From Promethearchaeota archaeon (GTDB taxonomy: Archaea; Asgardarchaeota; Odinarchaeia; Odinarchaeales; JBHLKK01): a stretch of 15,180 bases of DNA. The stretch covers positions 1 through 15,180 of the forward strand of contig JBHLPL010000042.1 in assembly GCA_048939465.1 (NCBI GenBank), given 5' to 3'. Positions 1 through 5,588 of this stretch are shown here, one piece after another; position 1 is the stretch's first letter, and each line of letters opens with the position of its first letter. Made by a program: the position numbers and the translations under genes. The notes under the pieces are model-generated. The model saw only the letters and a program-made list of their open reading frames with translations, did no database searches and had not been told where the DNA came from.

Positions 1-36
1 GTCCCCAAGAAATACATTACTGTCTGCAGAAATACA
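1..36 (-). mobile_element. N-terminal splicing block of an intein inserted in MCM (CDC21-b type site), truncated by the window edge
   Basis: After ...GKGTTAAGL the frame reads CISADSNVFLGD instead of the conserved TAAV.RD. C-x-x-x-D-[ST]-x-V matches intein block A, and the AAGL|T junction is an established MCM intein site. Only 12 residues are visible. Confidence 0.85.
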
Positions 37-1155
37 TAGACCCGCCGCCGTTGTACCCTTCCCAGAGGTAAAAAGTCCTCTCGGCGCAAGACGTGCTACA
101 TACATAAGTAACTGGCTCTTTGCTGTCCCAGGATCACCCACGAGAAGGACGTTTGGCTCTCCTCTTATCTTCATACCATCGGGAAGAACCTTTGGAACCC
201 CTCCAAATAGTTGCAGTGCAATAGCTTCCTTTATTGGTTCATTGCCAAAAACCGAAGGTGCAATGGATGCCACAACCTTCTGATGAATCCACTCATCCTT
301 AGACAAATCTATGATTACCTTTTCTTCATCCGGAGTGATTTCAACTTTTTCTAGTTCTTTTTCCGATACGTCCACATAGTTTGTGTCCAAGAATACATCA
401 AAGGTTTCGAATTCTCTGCTTCTTTGTTTTGAAGGGTTCGATCTTAAGAGTCCTATTATGGCTATGCGATCCCCCGGTCTGGCAACATCCACAAGATCCC
501 TTCTTAGGATAGCATCCAGGGTTCGTGGTAGCTGTCCTGGCGGCAGCTCCTCTGGCCTCTCCTGAATCCGAATCTTTTGCCAGTCTATGAATTTCGACAT
601 CTCTTCCATAAGGCTGAACGGTCCTTTGCGTCCACAATTGGGACTATCACATACCGGTGGCGGTCTGATGGGCCCCCCTTCCTGAGCCCTTAATGTTATT
701 CTTCCACACCTTTGACACTGAAACGCAGCTTCGATGATTTGTGGTTTGACTTCGCTAGCTCTGGTGAGGATGCCGTCTACCATGATGAACTTTCCTATAT
801 GCTCGGCTCTTAATCTTCTTAATGAAATGTGATTTGTGGTAGGCAGGTTCTTAAATCTGCCAGAGAACCTATCCCCCTTCTTCTCGACACGCTCAACGTA
901 CTCCTTTTCATCTATCTCTATTACGTTTTTCACAGCTTTGGAGGATGCTTCAATGTGCTTTTCTGGTTTTTCGAGCATACTCTTACCGAGTTCTGGGTCA
1001 AATTTGAGCAAATCATCAAAATCAATGACAAGAGAAATATCACCCATAACTGGCATCTGACCTATCTTTTCGCGGTATATGGCTCTGCCTTTCTCATCCT
1101 TATAGGTCTTATAGAAATTCTCAAATCTTTCTACGGGATCAACTTTAAGCTCCAT
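1..1155 (-). CDS. mcm: MCM replicative helicase, N-terminal 385 codons (3' part lies beyond the window start; absent from the ORF track)
   Basis: Manual translation from ATG at 1155 (in-frame GTG alternative at 1164; GGTG/GGAG SD-like sequence upstream) gives MELKVDPVERFENFY...FQCQRCG...VCDSPNCG (C4 zinc finger)...QKIRIQERPEELPPGQLPR (ACL loop)...IAPSVFG...GMKIRGEPNVLLVGDPGTAKSQLL (Walker A)...GLFTSGKGTTAAGL. The frame is open down to base 1. Confidence 0.97.
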   Translation of the reverse strand, partial: MELKVDPVERFENFYKTYKDEKGRAIYREKIGQMPVMGDISLVIDFDDLLKFDPELGKSMLEKPEKHIEASSKAVKNVIEIDEKEYVERVEKKGDRFSGRFKNLPTTNHISLRRLRAEHIGKFIMVDGILTRASEVKPQIIEAAFQCQRCGRITLRAQEGGPIRPPPVCDSPNCGRKGPFSLMEEMSKFIDWQKIRIQERPEELPPGQLPRTLDAILRRDLVDVARPGDRIAIIGLLRSNPSKQRSREFETFDVFLDTNYVDVSEKELEKVEITPDEEKVIIDLSKDEWIHQKVVASIAPSVFGNEPIKEAIALQLFGGVPKVLPDGMKIRGEPNVLLVGDPGTAKSQLLMYVARLAPRGLFTSGKGTTAAGLCISADSNVFLGD

Positions 1156-1166
1156 ATTCTCCACAC

Positions 1167-1700
1167 CTAAAGAATCATTGAACTCCAATCTCTTATTAGC
1201 TTAGCTAACCTTTCGTAAAGCCATAATTCCTCGCTGGTCATTGTTCCGGTAAGGCTTGGATGAATATCTTTCAACGCCATTTTTACCATTTTTGAAAGAC
1301 GAGCGGAAATTAGATCGCGCACAGGCACTTCTATCTGTTCTAGCTTTTGTGATGTGATTGGGGTAGGTTCCTTCTGATTTCTTTCCTTTAGGCTTCTCAA
1401 CTTCTTTCTTATCTCAAAATAGAAGTCCTCATCCAATTCTCCAAGCTTAACATCAGAGGTCTCTTTCCACAGGATGTTGTGTAGTTTAGAAACGTCTATT
1501 TCTTTCTCATCCAGATACTCTGCGATACCATTTTCTACCAGTATGTCGGCTTGCCATCTTGGGATTTCCATTCTGTCTCCTTCTCTAAGCGGCCCAAGTG
1601 CTTGACCTGCAACATTAATCTTATGATGCTCCTTCTTGATTATGATTCTTTCTGGCCTATTCTCGTGTTCGAAACCAAACCTCTCTGGGTTGAACTCCAA
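1167..1700 (-). CDS. gins23: GINS complex subunit, Gins23 (Psf2/Psf3-like, B-domain first)
   Basis: 177 aa with N-terminal B-domain motifs (GPLREGDRMEIPRWQADILVENG) followed by a helical A-domain (KLGELDEDFY). It lies directly upstream of mcm, the conserved gins23-mcm arrangement. TTG start with GGAGGG SD at 1708-1713. Confidence 0.88.
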   Translation of the reverse strand: MEFNPERFGFEHENRPERIIIKKEHHKINVAGQALGPLREGDRMEIPRWQADILVENGIAEYLDEKEIDVSKLHNILWKETSDVKLGELDEDFYFEIRKKLRSLKERNQKEPTPITSQKLEQIEVPVRDLISARLSKMVKMALKDIHPSLTGTMTSEELWLYERLAKLIRDWSSMIL

Positions 1701-1736
1701 TGATCTTCCCTCCAGAATATTAGTGAAAAATAAACA

Positions 1737-1744
1737 TTATAAAA
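1737..1744 (-). promoter_or_regulatory. Candidate TATA box for gins23-mcm
   Basis: Minus-strand TTTTATAA about 37 nt upstream of the gins23 start. Assigned by position only. Confidence 0.4.
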
Positions 1745-1760
1745 CCTAACCCTTCATAGT

Positions 1761-1779
1761 CAGATTAAATATAAATCTG
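1761..1779 (+). promoter_or_regulatory. TATA-like element of the thrC-like/wHTH gene embedded in a CAGATT-N7-AATCTG inverted repeat
   Basis: CAGATT (1761-1766) AAATATA AATCTG (1774-1779). The AT core lies about 35 nt upstream of ATG 1809. Confidence 0.5.
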
Positions 1780-1808
1780 CCCCCTAAAACATCTCGCAGG
1801 AATGAGCT

Positions 1809-3224
1809 ATGAATGAAAGCTATCTAGAATGCCCTCAATGTAAAACCAGCTATGGGGCCTTCCCCCCCAGGTCCAAGTGCTCAGATTGCGGGTCAGCCTT
1901 GGAGTATCAATATGACTACGAAGCACTTAGGCCTGTCGTATCTTTGAAGGGAAGCATAAGCTTCTGGCGTTATGCTTCATTATTGCCCGAAGTAAAAGCC
2001 AAGTACAGGATCTCGTTAGGAGAAGGTGGGACGCCCGTAATAGCAGCAAAACGACTTGCAAAAGAATTAGGTCTTGTGCGATTGGCACTTAAAGATGAGA
2101 CAAGAAATCCCACGAATTCCTTTAGGGACAGAGCAGCAACACTTATGATCTCCAATGCATTTGAATATGGTCACAAACACGTAATCTGTGCCTCTAATGG
2201 AAACCTGGGTGCATCTGTTGCCGCTTATGCCGCCAAAGCAGGTCTCAAATGTAGCGTCATCGTACCTCGGAAGGTCCACGTTGGAAAGCTTGCGCAAATG
2301 TATGCCTATAATGCACTAGTTACTACAAAAGGCGACATTGTGGATGACTCTATAGAACTGGCAGAAAAACTGGCAAGAGAAGAGGATTTGTACCAAGCTA
2401 CGGATGGTCTAAATCCCTTAACTATCGAATCCCAGAAGACAATAGCATTTGAGATCTCGGAGCAAATCGATATTCCTGACTGGATAATTGCTCCTATGGG
2501 AAGCGGGGGTACGGTATATTCCATTTGGAAAGGCTTTAGGGAACTTGAACTGTTGGCTCTTTCTGAGAAGCTGCCAAGAGTAGTTGGAGTTCAGGCTGAG
2601 GGGTGTGCACCCATAGTGAGGGCTTTTGAGAGGAACGGTAGGATCGAGAGTCTCTCCAAAGTGGGAACAGATGCTCTTGCCATTCTTGTAAAACAACCGT
2701 TGAGCGGTGAACGGGCACTAGAGGCAGTCAGGGAATCTGGTGGTCTTGCCACCTCGGTATCCGATGAAGAGATACGAAAAGCCGAACGTCTTATTGCTCA
2801 ATCGGAGGGACTTTTCTCTGAACTAGCTAGTGCTGCGACAATATCTTGTGTTCAGAAGTTGGTGGCAGATGGAACAATCGATTCTCAAGATCGGGTTGCT
2901 TGCTTAATCACTGCTAGTGGTCTAAAGGCCCCCTATGTCCTTGAAGCTCTGATTAGGCATCCAAAAGCTATTGGGATGAGGGGGAAAGTAAGCGTAAAGC
3001 TTAGAGTCCTTCGTCTTCTTGAATTGGGCAAGTCCTACGGCTACCTAATTTGGAACAGCCTAGGCCGCTCTGTAAGCCTTCAGGCAGTCTATCAGCATTT
3101 GACTGAGCTGGAGGAGAAGGATTTGGTATCTTCTAAGGAGGAAGGTAAACGAAAATATTACAGAATCACTAATCGCGGGAAGCGAGTTTTGAACGCTTTA
3201 GAGGAACTTGCTATGCTTTTCTGA
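1809..3224 (+). CDS. Threonine-synthase-like (PLP fold type II) protein with N-terminal Zn ribbon and C-terminal PadR/ArsR-like winged helix; predicted pseudoenzyme and transcription regulator
   Basis: CPQC-x12-CSDC ribbon; SLGEGGTP; LKDETRNPTNSFRDR (canonical SFKDR); ASNGNLGAS; PMGSGGT; ITASGLK. Residues ~395-471 (LRVLRLLELGKSYGYLIW...QAVYQHLTELEEKDLV...RKYYRITNRGKRVL) form a typical wHTH. The symbol thrC is withheld because the catalytic Lys is absent. Confidence 0.88.
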   Translation: MNESYLECPQCKTSYGAFPPRSKCSDCGSALEYQYDYEALRPVVSLKGSISFWRYASLLPEVKAKYRISLGEGGTPVIAAKRLAKELGLVRLALKDETRNPTNSFRDRAATLMISNAFEYGHKHVICASNGNLGASVAAYAAKAGLKCSVIVPRKVHVGKLAQMYAYNALVTTKGDIVDDSIELAEKLAREEDLYQATDGLNPLTIESQKTIAFEISEQIDIPDWIIAPMGSGGTVYSIWKGFRELELLALSEKLPRVVGVQAEGCAPIVRAFERNGRIESLSKVGTDALAILVKQPLSGERALEAVRESGGLATSVSDEEIRKAERLIAQSEGLFSELASAATISCVQKLVADGTIDSQDRVACLITASGLKAPYVLEALIRHPKAIGMRGKVSVKLRVLRLLELGKSYGYLIWNSLGRSVSLQAVYQHLTELEEKDLVSSKEEGKRKYYRITNRGKRVLNALEELAMLF

Positions 3225-3255
3225 TATGGTGATCTTCTGCTTCTAGCACAAGTGT

Positions 3256-3298
3256 TATATACAAGTTATAATTTTATTAAAGTTTGAACTTGTATATA
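3256..3298. promoter_or_regulatory. Perfect 12-bp inverted repeat enclosing a TATA-like box upstream of the ECF S-component gene
   Basis: TATATACAAGTT (3256-3267) and AACTTGTATATA (3287-3298) are exact reverse complements. The 19-nt spacer contains TTTATTAA (3273-3280). SD GGTGA at 3301-3305 and ATG at 3311. Confidence 0.7.
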
Positions 3299-3310
3299 CT
3301 GGTGAAGTAT

Positions 3311-3877
3311 ATGGGAATAATTGACATCATCCGTGAAAAAACCCCGCGATATCCTGCCAGCTTAAATATAGCCCTTATTGCCGTTTTCACACCCCTTACG
3401 ACCGCCTTAACGATGTTTATTCAAGTTCCTGTTCCTGCCACTGAAGGGTACATCAACATAGGTGAGGTCGGCGTCTTTCTATCTGGTCTGCTCTTGGGTC
3501 CAGTGGGAGGTGCGATAGCAGGAGGTGTTGGTTCTGCGCTCGCAGATTGGGTCACAGGTTGGGTCATTTACGTACCTTGGACCTTCGTGATTAAGGGTAT
3601 GGAGGGATTAATAGTTGGACTCTTTAGCAGAAGAAGGACAGCTTTCAATGCAGTTGTAGTCATTGCAGCTGGCCTTTGGATGGTTGCAGGCTACTTCCTG
3701 GTTGAAGGGTTTTTACTATGGGGGGTCGCAGCCGCAGCGATAGAGATTCCTGGAAACCTAGTACAGGTCGGTGTTGGAGCAACTATTGCTTTGCTTGTTG
3801 CTACCCTAGTTAGGCCGGCAATGCCATTTCCCAAGGAAGGTCCTCAAGAAAAGGAAGAGCCTACGACGAAGAGCTAG
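3311..3877 (+). CDS. ECF transporter S-component, resembling the HmpT/PdxU2 (COG4720-like) family
   Basis: About 6 hydrophobic helices; motifs QVPVPATEGYINIGEVGVF, GGVGSALAD, FVIKGMEG, MVAGYF, IPGNLVQ. The start is moved from 3284 to ATG 3311 because of the GGTGA SD. Substrate is not established. Confidence 0.85.
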   Translation: MGIIDIIREKTPRYPASLNIALIAVFTPLTTALTMFIQVPVPATEGYINIGEVGVFLSGLLLGPVGGAIAGGVGSALADWVTGWVIYVPWTFVIKGMEGLIVGLFSRRRTAFNAVVVIAAGLWMVAGYFLVEGFLLWGVAAAAIEIPGNLVQVGVGATIALLVATLVRPAMPFPKEGPQEKEEPTTKS

Positions 3878-3973
3878 CAGTTGCCCGACATTCTCAAATC
3901 TCCTATCTTATTTTGGAACCTTGATTGTAAAATTGACGTCAAAATAAAATAAGAAGATTCCACTTCTGAAAAA

Positions 3974-3996
3974 TTTAAATATATAACTGCGTTATA
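3974..3996 (+). promoter_or_regulatory. TATA box followed by a TATAAC-N3-GTTATA inverted repeat upstream of the metalloprotease gene
   Basis: TTTAAATATATA from 3974; TATAAC 3982-3987 and GTTATA 3991-3996; GGAG SD-like sequence at 4003-4006. Confidence 0.45.
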
Positions 3997-4018
3997 ATAT
4001 TTGGAGATTGGTATTCAT

Positions 4019-4519
4019 ATGGACTTTCAAGAATTAAGAAGACAACTGCCGGATATCTTTGAACGGGTAAAGAGGGATGTTGAAGACGAGACCGGACACC
4101 ATCGAGCTGGTCTTGCTCTTGGCCTCGTAGAAATGGGTATGTTTCGAGGTGGATTCATCGGCGGAATGTTCTTCTCCGGTGGAACAATGATCTTGATGAA
4201 TAGAACACCTCTGCGGATAATCATGGCAGAGCAACCTGATGAAGTCGTCTGGGCCTACAATTATCACATTCTGTTGCATGAGTACCTACATTCACTGGGC
4301 TTTATGGATGAACGTCAGGTCAGAGCACTCACGATCGGAATCAGTCGAAGTGTTTTTGAAGATCCTGGGCATCCTTCAGTAGTCCTTGCTGAGAGGGGCA
4401 TAGGCGCCTTTTTCACGAACTTACCGTTGATCTACGCTCCCCCTGGATTTAGTCCCAAAGGACTGCACATCGATGTCGTGAAGGATTTTGATAAAGGGAG
4501 TCAGACCTACTTCAGTTGA
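4019..4519 (+). CDS. Small soluble zincin-like metalloprotease (hypothetical)
   Basis: HEYLHSLGFMD (His codons 4277 and 4289) fits HExxHxxGxx[H/D]. No obvious signal peptide or TM helix. ATG 4019 is preferred over TTG 4001 because GGAG lies upstream of it. Confidence 0.7.
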   Translation: MDFQELRRQLPDIFERVKRDVEDETGHHRAGLALGLVEMGMFRGGFIGGMFFSGGTMILMNRTPLRIIMAEQPDEVVWAYNYHILLHEYLHSLGFMDERQVRALTIGISRSVFEDPGHPSVVLAERGIGAFFTNLPLIYAPPGFSPKGLHIDVVKDFDKGSQTYFS

Positions 4520-4598
4520 GCTGCAGTCCATTACTGAGACTCATTACTCCCAGAATTATGGCCGTGAACCGTCTCTGCATATGCAAGGTAGTCTGTTC

Positions 4599-5372
4599 TC
4601 AATTAGCCTCTGCCAGTTCGAAATCCATGACGCGAGATTCCTCTTTTATCCACCGTCCTCGTCCTGTCGTTCTAAAAAGCAGTGTGAAGATTATCCCACC
4701 CATGAATCCGCCTATGTTGGCCGTGTTTCCAAATACATAGAACGTACCGAAATTTATCACAAGAAGCGTAAACGCCAACTCGAATAATATAATGACTACC
4801 ACAAAGAACCAAGCAGAGATCCTAGCTGTCCTTATCACAGTACGATAATACATGGTGCCATAATACTCCCTGGCCAGATAATATATCTTAAGCTTTCTTT
4901 TTGGAAAGAAAAAGGCATAGGCTGCCATGATTCCGAATACGGCTCCCGATGATCCCCAAGCTGGGAGGTCCATTGCGGGGGTAAGAAAGGTCACAACTAG
5001 GGCTGAGTGAAATAGACCTCCTATGACTCCACAGAACAGGTAGAATAAGAGGAACAGGACGTTTCCAAAGACATTTTCAGCATCATCTCCAAAAAGGCCG
5101 AGCAGGAACATATAAACTCCAATATGAATCAGACTGAGTGGCCACCCGTCATATAGGCCCACGTGCAAGAATATTGATGTTATTAGTGCGTGAAGATTCT
5201 GCCCATTCATGAGCTGAGACGGTATTAATCCGAAGTCATTCTTGAGAAACGCGTATATCTCTGGACTTATGTTTTCAACAAAATACATTGCCAGGGTAAT
5301 AATTATTATCGCATAGGTGAAGAATGGCTTCGTTACCTTACGAAGTTGCTTTTCTTCGGTCGGTAATGCCAA
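4599..5372 (-). CDS. Rhomboid-family membrane protein, predicted catalytically inactive (pseudoprotease)
   Basis: Rhomboid TM pattern, SIFLH, FGDDAE..FG, FYLFCG, GSSGAVFG (Ser kept), but ANIGG in place of AHxGG and HIGVY in place of HxxxN. TTG start with a GGAG/GAGGGGAG SD. An in-frame TGA just upstream fixes the earliest possible start. Confidence 0.88.
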   Translation of the reverse strand: MALPTEEKQLRKVTKPFFTYAIIIITLAMYFVENISPEIYAFLKNDFGLIPSQLMNGQNLHALITSIFLHVGLYDGWPLSLIHIGVYMFLLGLFGDDAENVFGNVLFLLFYLFCGVIGGLFHSALVVTFLTPAMDLPAWGSSGAVFGIMAAYAFFFPKRKLKIYYLAREYYGTMYYRTVIRTARISAWFFVVVIILFELAFTLLVINFGTFYVFGNTANIGGFMGGIIFTLLFRTTGRGRWIKEESRVMDFELAEAN

Positions 5373-5387
5373 CTCCCCTCATCTCCA

Positions 5388-5425
5388 ATCGTTAAATTCC
5401 CACTGATCGTCAAATTCCCACTGAT
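5388..5425. repeat. 18-bp tandem direct repeat (about 2.1 copies)
   Basis: ATCGTTAAATTCCCACTG ATCGTCAAATTCCCACTG AT, with one mismatch between units. Confidence 0.9.
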
Positions 5426-5588
5426 ATTAGCCACACTTATCATATTTTACTATCGACTAGACTATCCATCTCTGTAATTCTGGTGATTGTTTGAGGGTCC
5501 TCCATCCCCCACTCCGAGCCCCTCGTCCGGCTGCTTTCAAAAATGAGGCAAGAATGTCATTTCTTCTTCCCACTTGCCAGAGGCAGCA

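Noticed and set aside
383-1170. ORFs 383-565, 398-637, 829-1170 (hydrophobic-looking 113 aa) and 836-1060
   Set aside because: All lie antisense to, or out of frame within, the mcm frame, which has clear conserved motifs. The hydrophobicity is a typical antisense artefact of a Lys/Glu-rich gene.
1800-1825. Imperfect repeat GAATGAGCTAT / GAATGAAAGCTAT across the start codon
   Set aside because: Short, imperfect and half coding; compatible with chance.
1970-2718. Five minus-strand ORFs of 60-92 aa
   Set aside because: Antisense shadows of the ThrC-like gene with no recognisable motifs.
1809-3224. Annotation as a functional threonine or cysteate synthase
   Set aside because: The Schiff-base Lys and the substrate-phosphate Arg are missing and a wHTH is fused.
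4027-4787. ORFs 4027-4224, 4034-4279, 4488-4787 and 4516-4740
   Set aside because: They overlap the metalloprotease or the rhomboid-like gene on the other strand or frame and have no motif or SD support.
4599-5372. Calling the second rhomboid a pseudogene
   Set aside because: Full-length open frame, strong SD and conserved structural motifs despite synonymous divergence; it fits a pseudoenzyme better than a pseudogene.
5388-5425. CRISPR array or IS terminal repeat
   Set aside because: The units are contiguous with no spacers, there are only two 18-bp copies, and no cas or transposase gene is nearby.
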